Below, piece after piece: positions 38,218 to 50,716 of a stretch of DNA of 64,000 nt. The notes beneath the pieces were generated by a model, which saw only the letters and a program-made list of their open reading frames with translations, ran no database searches and had not been told where the DNA came from. The DNA is from Octopus sinensis (lineage: Eukaryota): the NCBI RefSeq assembly GCF_006345805.1, contig NC_043020.1, forward strand, positions 10,230,001 through 10,294,000, in the 5' to 3' direction. Position numbers and translations under genes: made by a program. Position 1 is the stretch's first letter. Every line of letters starts with the position of its first letter.

Positions 38218-38953
38218 CGCTGTCGATAATAAATTTAAGACCGATGATAGAAGTTCTATTTCTTACAAAATATTTTGTGGATCTTTTCAGTTTGAAAACA
38301 GCAGTTTTTTAAAAATAATTTCCACGTAATTAAACACTTTTAAACTTCGTATACTGGTCGAATGTGTTTATAAAACATCTTTTTCTCTTGGCTTTATTGA
38401 GAAAATTCTATGGTTTGTAAGATATTTGGTCTTTAATTTTTTTTCAGTTTCTGCAATTTCAACCAATCACTGGCGTCTATTGAGTTAAATAGCATTCTGT
38501 GCCGTATGAATATGTCCCTCGTTTAAGAAACATTATGTTAAAAAGAAATTTTGTTCATACGGCACATCTTTTTCTCTTGGCTTTATAGAGAAAATTCTAT
38601 AGTTTGTAAGATATTTGGTCTTTAATTTTTTTCAATTTCTGCAATTTCAACCAATCACTGGCGTCTATTGAGTTAAAAAGCATTCTGTGCCGTATGAATA
38701 TGTCCCTCGTTTAAGAAACATTATGTTAAAAAGAAATTATGTTAAAAACTGCCGTTCAAACCGAAAAGATCCTATTTTATTACTAACACCATACAAATTA
38801 TTTTTCTCTTTTACACCTTATGCAGAATTTATTTCTCTTTCGAATGATGCAGACAATAACAATTTTAAAACAAAAAATAGAAATTTTTATCATAGAACTT
38901 TATACAAGAAATAGAACTTTTTATCATCGGTCTTGAATTTATTTTCGCCAGTG
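38218..38953. mobile_element. CACTG-ended TIR element interrupted by a GGATC-ended MITE
   Basis: Degenerate left end ...aaatttaagaccgatgatagaagttctatttctt and right end aagaaatagaactttttatcatcggtcttgaatttattttcgccagtg; same end sequence at 26913 and 30724. Confidence 0.65.
38279..38772. mobile_element. GGATC-ended MITE with candidate 8-bp TSD
   Basis: ggatcttttcagtttgaa...ttcaaaccgaaaagatcc, flanked by tattttgt / tattttat (1 mismatch). Confidence 0.75.
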
Positions 38954-39589
38954 TATATTTTACATGGTGTAGATTTCGATTCTATCGAAATTTAATGTGG
39001 AGAAAAGAATAAAAAATTGATGGGCGCACAGCCATCACACGTATTTACAAAATGAAACTTGAAATTTTGAAAAAATATTTGATGTGTATCAATATGTATG
39101 TGTACGCCAGCCAATTACTTTTTCACATCAAATCCGGATGTGATCTTAATTTACACCATCTGAAAGATAATTGCTGAAAATTTCATTAAAAATTATCAGT
39201 TTTTCTGAAAGTTATGAGGAAACAAAGACAGGGGTTACACATGTGTGTAGGCACGCCATCAACGCTCTCTTTACTAACAACCTGCCTTCTATTTAAATGT
39301 CAATCAACAACAAACACACTTTCCCAGTTTCCTTTTTGAATTAAAAAGATAAATGTAACTGAATAATTATACATAACTGATAAGTTTTGCACAGGATTTG
39401 GTAGACGGAATCTGTGTGGTCCTTTGGCTATTGGAGATAAGTTACGACGGTAGTCGTGCTGATGACGACTATTGAGTATTGAGGTAGAAACAAACACGTG
39501 TGCTTAGCGCTCCTTATATCTCAGTCCTTTTTCATTTCATGTCAACTTGGAGAATTCTAGATTCTTTATATTTTGTTTGTTCCTTCTCG

Positions 39590-39876
39590 AGCCATGCCTG
39601 GCTCATAAGGGCCGGTTTCTCGGTTTCCTTGGCGTATAGGTTTCCCACCTGGACGGGACGCCGGTCCGTCGCAGGTGAGCTGCAAGATACAGGAGAAAAG
39701 AGTGAGAGAAAGTTGTGGCGAAAGAGTCAGCAGAAGTTTCGCCATTACCTTCTGCCGGAACCGCGTGGAGCTTAGGTGTTTCGCTCATAAACACACACAT
39801 CCCCCGGTCTGAGATTCGAACCCGCGATCCCTCGACCACGATCCCGCTGCTCTAACCACTAGGCCATGTGCCTCCA
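39590..39876 (-). mobile_element. tRNA-headed SINE related to family B
   Basis: Reverse complement begins gtggaggcacatggcctagtggttagagcagcggg...gttcgaatctcagacc. Confidence 0.7.
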
Positions 39877-40078
39877 CAGATTCTTTATATAGCTGGTCTT
39901 AATTGCTGTTTGGTAATTCTCCAGAGGCGGAGATCATTTTAATAAATCAAGGATTTATGTTGTGTGGTCTATGGTATACCTGTATTTGCCTTCGTTATTC
40001 AAATACATGTCAATGGCCACATAGAGTTAATTCTCTTAGTTCATCTGTGTATGTGGTGTGTGTATGCATACATATTGT

Positions 40079-40613
<535 letters not shown>

Positions 40614-41039
40614 GTATTTATGTGGTGGAGTGTGTATGTATGCATATTTGCCTGAACGTATGCACGAATCTATGTGGTTTTTTTCCTTCGCTGATTAAAA
40701 ACCAGTTTTGGCTTCATCTAAAAAGAAAATAAAGAGGCCGATAAAATAACCCTAACCCTAAAACTAGGGACGATTTGATCAACATAACCCGCCAAGGCGG
40801 TGCCCAGCATGGCCTTAGTTCAATGACTGAAAGAAATGATAGGATGAAACTAATCCAAAACGAATCTTCCCTTGCTATTTGGTAATTGTGACAAATTCTC
40901 CAGAGGCGGAGATCATTTTAATAAATCAAGGATTTATGTTGTGTGGTATATGGTATACCTGTATTTGTCTACGTTATTCGAATACATGTCACTGGCCACA
41001 ACTTCCAAGACTGGCATTTAATAAAAGAAGGAACTAATA

Positions 41040-41180
41040 TTAGGTTGTCCCAAAAGTTCGTAAACACTTGCGAAAATTGAATTTTTACTCGCCAAGTACT
41101 AACAAAAACAACAAAAATTATTCCTCAAAATAAAGACCATTATTTTCCAAGACTTTCTACGAACTTTTGGGACAACCTTA
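41040..41180. mobile_element. mariner-derived MITE (141 bp) with TA TSD
   Basis: TA|ttaggttgtcccaaaagttcgta ... tacgaacttttgggacaacctta|TA. Confidence 0.85.
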
Positions 41181-41363
41181 TAGTTATTGCCTTCAATTAT
41201 GAATCTTAATAAAATGGTAAAATTCGGCAGTTGAGAGGGGAGGTAAGCAAACCTAATGAGTCTTAAAAGCGATGAAACTAGGTGATCAATAATTCACTCT
41301 TACATGAAGAAGGTGTTGTGATTTATTCAGGAGTAAAACATGCTGTATATAATTGTATGCACA

Positions 41364-41810
41364 GGCGTGGCTGTGTGGTAAGAAATTTACTTCGCAACCA
41401 CATGGTTTTGGGTTCAGTTCCCTTGCGTGGCACCTTGGGCAAGTGTCTTCTACAATAGCCTCAGGCTGACTAAAGCTTTGAGAGTGGGTTTGGTAGACGA
41501 AAACTGAAAAAAACCCGTCATACACACACGCGTGTGTTTGTCCCCCACCATCGCTTGGGACGTAAACAAACCAACATCGGTTGTCAAGCGATGGTGGGGG
41601 ACAAACACACGCGTGTGTGTATGACGGGTTTTTTCAGTTTTCGTCTACCAAGGTTTGTTTACGTCCCCGGAACTTGGCGGTTCGGCAAAAAGAAAACTGA
41701 TAGAATAATAGGCTAAAAACAAACAAACAGTAAGTACTGGGATCGATTCGTTCGACACAAATTCTTCAAGGCCGCGACCCAGAATGTCCATAGACTAATG
41801 ACAGAACCAA
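41364..41810 (+). mobile_element. SINE family A with internal inverted duplication
   Basis: See finding at 41491-41666. Confidence 0.8.
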
Positions 41811-41889
41811 ATAAAAGATAATAGATTTATAGATGTACATGGGTGTGTGTCTATATGTACTCACGTTTTAATACGGGTGTATACTGGCG

Positions 41890-42215
41890 TGTGAAGGCGC
41901 ATGGCTCAGTGGTTAGAGCGTCGAGCTTACGATCGTGAGGTTGTGAGCTCGAATCCCGGACCAGGCTGCGTGTTGTGTTCTTGAGCAAGACACTTTATTT
42001 CACGTTGTTCCAGTTCACTCAGCTGTAGTAATGAGTTGCCAAGCTGTATCGGCCCCTTTGCCTTTCCCTTAGATAACACTGGTGGCGTGAAGAGGGGAGC
42101 TCAGTATGCATGGGCGACTGCTGGTCTTCCATAAACAACCTTGCCCCGACTTGTGCCTGGGAGGGTAACTTTCTAGGTGCAATCCCATGGTCAGTCATGA
42201 CCGAAGGGGGTCTCA
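41890..42215 (+). mobile_element. tRNA-headed SINE (additional family)
   Basis: gtgaaggcgcatggctcagtggttagagcgtcg...ctcgaatcccggacc head, then gttcttgagcaagacactttatttcacg; related fragments at ~56600-56750 and ~59000-59100. Confidence 0.7.
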
Positions 42216-42266
42216 GCAATACTGGCGCGCACTTTGTGTGTGTGTGCTATATGCATAGTATGTGAG

Positions 42267-42676
42267 CTGGCGGCGAGCTGGCAGAAGCGTTAGCGCTCTG
42301 GGCGAAATGCTTAGCGGTATTTCGTCTGTCGTTACGTTGTGAGTTCAAATTCCGCCGAGGTCAACTTTGCCTTTCATCCTTTCGGGGTCTATAAATTAAG
42401 TACCAGTTACGCTCTGGGGTCGTATATCGACTTAATACCTATGTCTGTCTTGTTTGTCCCCTCGTGTTTACCCTTGTGGGTAATAAAGAAATAGGTATTT
42501 CGTCTGTCGTTACGTTCTGATCAAATTCCGCCGAGGTCGACTTTGCCTTTCATCCTTTCGGGGTCGATAAATTAAGTACCAGTTACGCACTGATGTTGAT
42601 GTAATCAACTTAATCCCTTTATCTGTCCTTGTTTGTCCTCTCTATGTTTAGCCCCTTGTGGGCAGTAAAGAAATAT
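42267..42676 (+). mobile_element. SINE family C with tandem second subunit
   Basis: Junction aaagaaataggtatttcg at ~42485-42502. Confidence 0.85.
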
Positions 42677-42975
42677 ATATGCATAGTGTGTGTGGGTGTA
42701 TCTTGTATGTGTGTGTGTGTACATACAGACATACACATAAATAGATACACATGAAATACATTTAAATACATATATTTATACATTGTAGGCGCAGGAGTGG
42801 CTGTGTGGTAAGTAGCTTGCCTACCAACCACATGGTTCCGGGTTCATTCTCACTGTGTGGCACCTTGGGCAAGTGTCTTCTTCTATAGCCTCGGGCCGAC
42901 CAAAGCCTTGTGAGTGGATTTAGTATTTAGTAGACGGAAACTGAAAGAGAAGCTCGTCGTATCGTAAAATATTAT

Positions 42976-43075
42976 NNNNNNNNNNNNNNNNNNNNNNNNN
43001 NNNNNNNNNNNNNNNNNNNNNNNNNNNNNNNNNNNNNNNNNNNNNNNNNNNNNNNNNNNNNNNNNNNNNNNNNNN
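42976..43075. other. Assembly gap (100 N)
   Basis: Direct reading; interrupts a family A SINE starting at 42787. Confidence 1.
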
Positions 43076-43099
43076 ACTACACCACACAACTTTACACAT

Positions 43100-43460
43100 C
43101 ACATCATATATGATGTGCCATACTAATACATACACCAACTAATACATACTAATACGTACTAATACATACTAATACATACACCACCACCCTATACATACAC
43201 ACACGTCCAGACCTCTCATACGCACTTATACTCTCTCATACACACACACACACACACTTATACATACTAATACGTACTAATCATACTAAGACACTATACA
43301 TACACCAACCCTATACATACGCACGTCCAGACCTCTCATACGCACTAATACTCTCTCATACACACACACACACACACACACACACCCTTATACATACTAA
43401 CATACTAATACATACACCAACCCTATACATACACACGGTCCAGACCTCTCATACGCACTA
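43100..43460. repeat. Noisy ~120-bp tandem repeat (~3 units)
   Basis: ccctatacatac...gtccagacctctcatacgcact recurs near 43188, 43310 and 43420. Confidence 0.8.
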
Positions 43461-44040
43461 ATAGCTGGTCCCTCAACCCTTTATCAACCCTATTATCTCC
43501 CCTTATTTCGCTTTCGCGTCTCATGTTTGATCTTTGACCTCCGGCCGAAATCAGATCGCCATGTTGATTCGTTAGCTACTGCACGCATTTTTTTTCTCTC
43601 CTTCTTTCTGTGTTTTTCTCTCTCTGTGTATCTTTCTGTTGAAGAGCGTAGGCTCGAAACGTTAAACTGTTTTTTATTTATATTTCCTGAGCCCATACTA
43701 ATACAATTGTTTGTTTGTTTCCCACTGCCTTCGTCTTTTGTCTATTTTTCATAAAGCTTCCCGTTATATATATATATATATATAACAAAACTGGGAGGAG
43801 GGAAGTGGGACGAAACGACGAAGCAAATCGACCCTGACGCGAACGCGCTACACACACACATATGAATGCAAGTGCATATTCACACAAATATACACACATG
43901 TTTGTAAGTTTGTCTGTTTGTATGTATGTATGTATAAAGTGTGAACATGCAAAAATGTAAACTGGTGGAAACCAAAAAAATTTTACGATTAAAAAAAAAC
44001 AACTGACGGAATCTGACGGAACAAAGGACAATAACTATAG

Positions 44041-44497
44041 GCGCAGGAGTGGCTGTGTGGTAAGTAGCTTGCTTACCAACCACATGGTTCCGGGTTCAGT
44101 CCCACTGTGTGGCATCTTGGGCAAGTGTCTTCTGCTATAGCCCCGGGCCGACCAATGCCTTGTGAGTGGATTTGGTAGACGGAAACTGAAAAGAAGCCTG
44201 TCGCATATATGTATATATATATTTGTGTGTATGTTTGTGTGTCTGTGTTTGTCCCCCTAGCATTGCTTGACAACCGATGCTGGTTGTTTACGTCCCTGTC
44301 ACTAGCGGTTCGGCAAAAGAGACCGATAGAATAGTACTGGGCTTACAAAGAATAAGTCCCCGTCACTTAGCGGTTCGGCAAAAGAGACCGATAGAATAAG
44401 TACTGGCTTACAAAGAATAAGTCCCGGGGTCGATTTGCTCGACTAAAGGCGGTGCTCCAGCATGGCTGCAGTCAAATGACTGAGACAAGTAAAAGAT
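44041..44497 (+). mobile_element. SINE family A with ~60-bp internal duplication
   Basis: gtcact(t)agcggttcggcaaaagagaccgatagaata occurs twice. Confidence 0.85.
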
Positions 44498-44543
44498 TAA
44501 AAAAAACCAACTAATTATGCAGCTGAATTAATAAATGTCTCAC

Positions 44544-44725
44544 GTGATTATCTGCTTTGGTGTCGTTAAGAACGGGACAATGCATTGTGAGGTTTTTGTC
44601 TTCTTCGGACTGTAGAGTGTTCGTCATGGCTATAATGGCCACGCTGAGGTTGACACGGAGGGCATAGACCACCATAAAGCCAAGGAATGCCATTCCAACC
44701 AAGATGAAACGGACTTGTATTTTGT
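44544..44725 (-). CDS. SLC17 family (sialin-like) MFS anion transporter, exon encoding TM1 and the first luminal loop
   Basis: Acceptor ttttattttgcag| (phase 1); donor CAC|gtgaga (phase 0). xKIQVRFILVGMAFLGFMVVYALRVNLSVAIIAMTNTLQSEEDKNLTMHCPVLNDTKADNH contains the SLC17 signature FLGF...YA(L/M)RVNLSVAI.AM. Exact orthologue cannot be assigned from one exon. Confidence 0.9.
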
Positions 44726-44784
44726 CTGCAAAATAAAAATATAAAAAAAAGGAAGAATAAAATGCACACTGGTTTTAGTATCAA

Positions 44785-46570
44785 CATCATCATCATCATC
44801 TTCATTACCATTCTCCTCCTCCTTCACCCCCTCTTCATCTCCATTCTCCTCTTCTTCTCCCTCCTCCTCCTTCACCTCCTCTTCATCTCCATTCTCCTCT
44901 TCTTCTTCCTCCTCCTCCTTCACCCCCTCTTCATCTCCATTCTCCTCTTCTTTTTCTTCATCTCCTCTCTTCCTCTTCTTCCTGCTCCTCCTTCACCTCC
45001 TCTTCATCTCCATTCTCCTCTTCTTCTTCTGCTTCTGCTTCTTCTTCCTCTGTCACCTCCATTCTCCTCTTCTTCTTCTTCTTCTTCTTTCTCCTCCTCC
45101 TCCTCCACCTCCTCTTCATCTCCATTCTCCTCCTTTTCTTCCTCTTCCTCCTCTTCATCTCCATTCTCACCACTCCCTTCCCCTTCCTCCTCCTCATCAT
45201 CAATTTCATCATCCACATCACCATCCTCATCCTCATCACGATTCTCCTCCTCCTCCTCAACATCATCATCATTATCAACATCATCCTCAATACTACTACT
45301 GTCGGCATCATCATCATCTTCATCCTCCCCTCCTCCATCCTCATCCCATTCTCCTCCTCCTCCTCATTTCCATTCTCCTCTCCAACTCCTCCTCCTCCTC
45401 CTCATCTCATAATTTTCGCCATCCTCATCCTCCTCCTCCTCAACATCATCATCATTATCAAATCATCCTCAATACACTACTGTCGGCATCATCATCATCT
45501 TCATCCTCCCCTTCATCCCATTCTCCTCCTCCTCCTCATTTCCATTCTCCTCTTCCAACTCCTCCTCCTCCTCCTCATCATCATCATTTTCGCCATCCTC
45601 ATCCTCCTCCTCCTCAACATCATCATCATTATCAACATCATCTCCTCAATACTACTACTGTCGGCATCATCATCATCTTCATCCTCCCCTTCATCACCAT
45701 TCTCCTCCTCCTCCTCATCTCCATTCTCCTCTTCCAACTCCTCCTCCTCATCATCATCATCATCATTTTCGCCATCCTCATCCTCCTCCTCCTCAACATC
45801 ATCATCATTATCAACATCATCCTCAATACTACTACTGTCGGCATCATCATCATCTTCATCCTCCCCTTCATCACCATTCTCCTCCCCCTCCTCATCTCCA
45901 TTCTCCTCTTCCAACTCCTCCTCCTCCTCCTCCTCATCATCATTTTCGCCATCCTCATCCTCCTCCTCCTCAACATCATCATTATTATTCAACATCAGCC
46001 TCATACTACTACTGTCAACATCATCTTCTCCTCCCCTTCATCACCATTCTCCTCCCCCTCCTCATCTCCATTCTCCTCTTCCAACTGCTCCTCCTCCTCC
46101 TCATCACATCATCATTTTCGCCATCCTCATCCTCCTCCTCCTCAACATCATCATCATTATCAACATCATCCTCAATACTACTACTGTCGGCATCATCATC
46201 ATCTTCATCCTCCCCTTCATCACATTCTCCTCCCCTCTCCTCATCTCCATTCTCCTCTTCCAACTCCTCCTCCTCCTCCTCCTCATCATCATTTTCGCCA
46301 TCCTCATCCTCCTCCTCCTCACACACATCATTATTAACATCATCCTCAATACTACTACTACTGTCAACATCATCTTCATCCTCCCCTTCATCACCATTCT
46401 TCTCCCCCTCCTCATCTCCATTCTCCTCTTCCAACTGCTCCTCCTCCTCCTCATCATCATCATCATCATTTTCGCCATCCTCATCCTCCTCGTCCTCATC
46501 CTCTTCCTCCTCCTCAACATCATCCTCAATACTACTACTGTCGGCATCATCATCACCACCACCACAGCCA
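44785..46570. repeat. (CAT/CCT/CTT) low-complexity region with ~180-bp higher-order units
   Basis: tcctcaatactactactgtcggcatcatcatcatcttcatcctcccc recurs ~7 times in 45255-46560; shorter ttcatctccattctcctc units in 44790-45250. Confidence 0.9.
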
Positions 46571-46659
46571 AGAACCACTGTTATCATCATTAAACAACAA
46601 TACCATCATTAACAGCACCATCACCACAACCATGGCTAATACTTATAGTATTGTGAAGG

Positions 46660-47525
46660 CGCATGGTTCAGTGGTTGTGTGTCTGTATTTGTCCCCCCAC
46701 CATCGCTTGACAACTGATGCTGGTGTGTTTACGTCCCCATAACTTAGCGGTTCGGCAAAAAGAGTCCGATACAATAAGTACTAGGCTTACAACAAATAAG
46801 TCCTGGGGGTTAATTTCTTTGACCAACACCCTTTAAGGTGGTGCTCCAGCATGGCCACAATCAAATAACTGATGCTGGTGTGTTTACGTCCCCATGACTT
46901 AGCAGTTCAGCAAAAAGAGTCCGATACAATAAGTATAGGCTTACAACAATAAGTCCTGGGGGTTGATTTCTTTGACCAACACCCTTTAAGTGGTGCTCCA
47001 GCAGGTGGCCACAATCAAATAACTGATGCTGGTGTGTTTACGTCCCCATACTTAGCACTTCGCAAAAGAGTCCGATACAATAAGTACTCAGGCTTACCAA
47101 CAAATAAGTCCTGGGGGTTGATTTCTTTGACCAACACCCTTTAAGGTGGTGCTCCAGCATGGCCACAATCAAATACTGATGCTGGTGTGTTTACGTCCCC
47201 ATAACTTAGCAGTTCGGCAAAAAGAGTCCGATACAATAAGTACTAGGCTCACAACGAATAAGTCCTGGGGGTGGGGATTTGCTCGACTAACACCCTTTAA
47301 GGTGGTGCTCCAGCATGGCCGCAATCAAATAACTGATGCTGGTGTGTTTACGTCCCCATAACTTAGCAGTTCGGCAAAAAGAGTCCGATACAATAAGTAC
47401 TAGGCTTACAACGAATAAGTCCTGGGGGTGGGGATTTGCTCGACTAACACCCTTTAAGGTGGTGCTCCAGCAAGGCCACAATCAAATAACTGAAACAAGC
47501 GAAAGAATAAAAGAATAGAAGAATA
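46660..47525 (+). repeat. SINE family A 3' module amplified into 5 x ~155-bp tandem units
   Basis: Units start at (a)actga: 46712, 46867, 47021, 47175, 47331; normal SINE end resumes at 47488. Confidence 0.9.
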
Positions 47526-47660
47526 AAAACTTTACCTCTGAAACTTTAAACCCCATGGTGGACGGTTGCGAAGAGGACTAAATATGTTCTGGATCTGAAA
47601 TGCGCGTAAATAAATAACATATAAAAAAATATCATAAATATATCAATAAAATATCATATA

Positions 47661-47825
47661 GATGCAGGAGTTGGCTGTGTGGTAAGTAGCTTGCTTACCA
47701 ACCACATGGTTCTGGGTTCAATCCCACTGCGTGGCACCTTGGGCAAGTGTCTTCTACTATAGCCTCGGGCCAACGAAAGCCTTGTGAGTGGATTTAGTAG
47801 ACAGAAACTGAAAAGAAGCCCGTCG

Positions 47826-47888
<63 letters not shown>

Positions 47889-48090
47889 TTGTGTGTCCCC
47901 CTAGCATTGCTTGACAACTGATGGCGGTGTGTTAATGTCCCCGCAACCTAGCAGTCCGGCAAAAGTGACCGATAGAATAAGTATTAGGCTTACAAAGAAT
48001 AAGTCCTGGGGTCGATTTGCTCGACTAAAGGCGGTGCTCCAGCATGGCCGCAGTCAAATGACTGAAACAAGTAAAAGAGTAAAAGAGTAA
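47661..48090 (+). mobile_element. SINE family A
   Basis: Full-length copy. Confidence 0.85.
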
Positions 48091-48124
48091 ATGACCTGTT
48101 CTGCTGAAGGGACAAGGCCCGAAA

Positions 48125-48472
48125 TTTGTGGAAGGGGATTAGTCGATTACATCGACCCCAGTACTTAATTTATCAACCCTGAAAGGATGAAAGTCAAAGT
48201 TGACCACGGTGGAATTTGAACTCAGAACACAGCGATGAAGTAAATACCTATTTCTTTACTACCACAAGGGGCTAAACACAGAGAGGACAAACAAGGACAG
48301 ACAAGCGGATTAAGTCGATTATATCGACCCCAGTGCGTAACTGGTACTTATTTAATCGACCCCGAAGGGATGAAAGGTAAAGTCAACCTCGGCGGAATTT
48401 GAACTCAGAACGTATCGGCAGACGAAATACCGCTAAGCATTTCGCCTGGCATGCTAATGATTCTGCCAGGTT
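48125..48472 (-). mobile_element. SINE family C with tandem second subunit
   Basis: Reverse complement; junction aaatacctatttcttt at ~48243-48258. Confidence 0.8.
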
Positions 48473-48517
48473 GTCATCTTAATAAATAAGTAACTAATTA
48501 AAGAAATGAATTATTAA

Positions 48518-49095
48518 CCCCTTACCCGGCAGAAACGAATATATGCGTTTTGACCAAAATCGTTTTTTTCTATCTCTGGCGAGTTAACTGGTCAAAAGAT
48601 AGACTCGCCAAAATCAACAGCAATCAAGTTCCTTTGTCTATTATAAACTCTTTTTTGACACATACGAGTATATTCGCTCACTTTATACGTCTGGCAGTGA
48701 CGATTTCCTGCCACCTTCGCTTGAGTAAGGCTTGAAGACCGAGTATGATTTAGTCACCTGGAGACATCGAAGGGGTTGAAGCACATTTTATAATAGAAGT
48801 ATTCACTTTGTTTTTACGTGTGTTTTTATACCTTTATATTATAACCCCACTATGATGTCGATAACCAAATAAAATAACATGATTTTTTGTAAAAGTAATA
48901 TGATTTATGAAAAAAACAGGTTAACTCGTTTCTTCTGCCCAAAGCGGTAATTTAAAATCAATATTATTGAATTAAAATTCATAATAATAAGGTTTGAATA
49001 TACCTCGAAATCACCATTCAACATAGTAAATAAAACAATTAAAAAATATGTCTGAAAAAATACATTTATTTTCAAAATAATTGTTGGGTAAGGGG
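48518..49095. mobile_element. Non-autonomous piggyBac-type element (578 bp)
   Basis: TTAA|CCCCTTACCC ... GGGTAAGGGG|TTAA: 10-bp TIR with TTAA TSD at 48514-48517 and 49096-49099. Confidence 0.8.
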
Positions 49096-49361
49096 TTAAT
49101 ATCGAATAGAGTGAAGGCAGAGAGCTGGCAGAACTGTTTAGTTTGTCAGGCAAAATGCTTAGTGGCAATTCATCCATCTTCACGTTTTGAGTTCAAATTC
49201 TGCTGAGGTCAAAACTAAGTGAATAAAATAATATTGCAAAATTCCAGTTTCTTTTGGGTACCTCCTTGTGTGTGTGTATATATATATATGTATGTATATA
49301 TATATATATGTATGTATATATATATGTATGTATATATATGTATTTATATATATATACTATA

Positions 49362-49400
<39 letters not shown>

Positions 49401-49456
49401 AATACTCTCGTATTGCATTACTATTTTCATATTATAATATATATATAATATATATC

Positions 49457-49494
<38 letters not shown>

Positions 49495-49599
49495 TAATAT
49501 GTATATATTATATATATATATATGTATATATATGAGTATATATATATGTGAGGTGGTGAAGCACGACCTCCGAACGTTAGGTCTCACCATGGAAATGAC

Positions 49600-50408
49600 T
49601 AGAGACCGAGACCTATGGAAGTATGCTGCGCGTGAGAACCCGCAAGACTAGTGAAGCCATAACCCGTGGCCCCTACCTGGGACGTAGTCAGTCCACCTGT
49701 GCATACCTTCCTGCTTGTGACACTTGTGAGACCTTTTGAGGCAAATCAAATCAAAGTCAAATCGAATCAAGTCAAACCAAATCAAAAGATTAACACAATG
49801 GAATTTGTATCCCTGTGGTACCAGTGCCGGTGCACATAAGAAAACCATCCGAACGGGACCGTAGCCAGTACCGCATCATCGACTGGCCTCTGTGCCGTGG
49901 GCACGTAACAAACACCATCCGATCGTAGCCGTTCGCCCACCGCGTCTGCACCTGTGTCGGTGGCACATAAGAAAAACACCGAAAACACACTATCCAGCGT
50001 GGCCGTCTGCCAGCCTCGTCTGGCACCTTTGTCGTGGACATAAAAAAACACCATCCGAGCGTGGCCGTCTGCCAGCCTCGTCTGGCACTGTGTCGGTGGC
50101 ACATAAAAAACACCATCCGAGCGTGGCCGTCGCCAGCCTCGTCTGGCACCTGTGTCGGTGGCACATAAAAAACACCATCCGAGCGTGGCCGTCCTGCCAG
50201 CCTCGTCTGGCACCTGTGTCGGTGGCACATAAAATCACCCACTACACTCTCGGAGTGGTTGGCGTTAGGAAGGGCACCCAGCTGTAGAAACACTGCCAGA
50301 TCTGACTGGCCTGGTGTAGCCTTCGGGCTTGCCAGACCCCAGTTGAACCGTCCAACCCATGCTAGCATGGAAAGCGGACGTTAAACGATGATGATGATGA
50401 TGATGATA
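49600..50408 (+). mobile_element. SINE family D with internal ~55-bp array
   Basis: Same body as 4690-5622; (GAT)n tail. Confidence 0.8.
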
Positions 50409-50716
50409 TATATGAATATATATGTATGTATATGGATATATATATATATGTATACACACACATATATATGTATGCACACGTATACTTGTATATATAGATA
50501 TCTATATACATGCACACACATACAATATACATACATATGTATGTATGTATGTATGAATGTATGCATGCATGTATGTATATATATATATATATGTATGTAT
50601 GTATGTGTGTATGTGTGTATGTATGCATGTATTTATATATGCATGCACATATTTGTATGTCTTATGTATATATTCTCATGCATATAGTTGTATATCTTAG
50701 ACATGCTCATATATAT

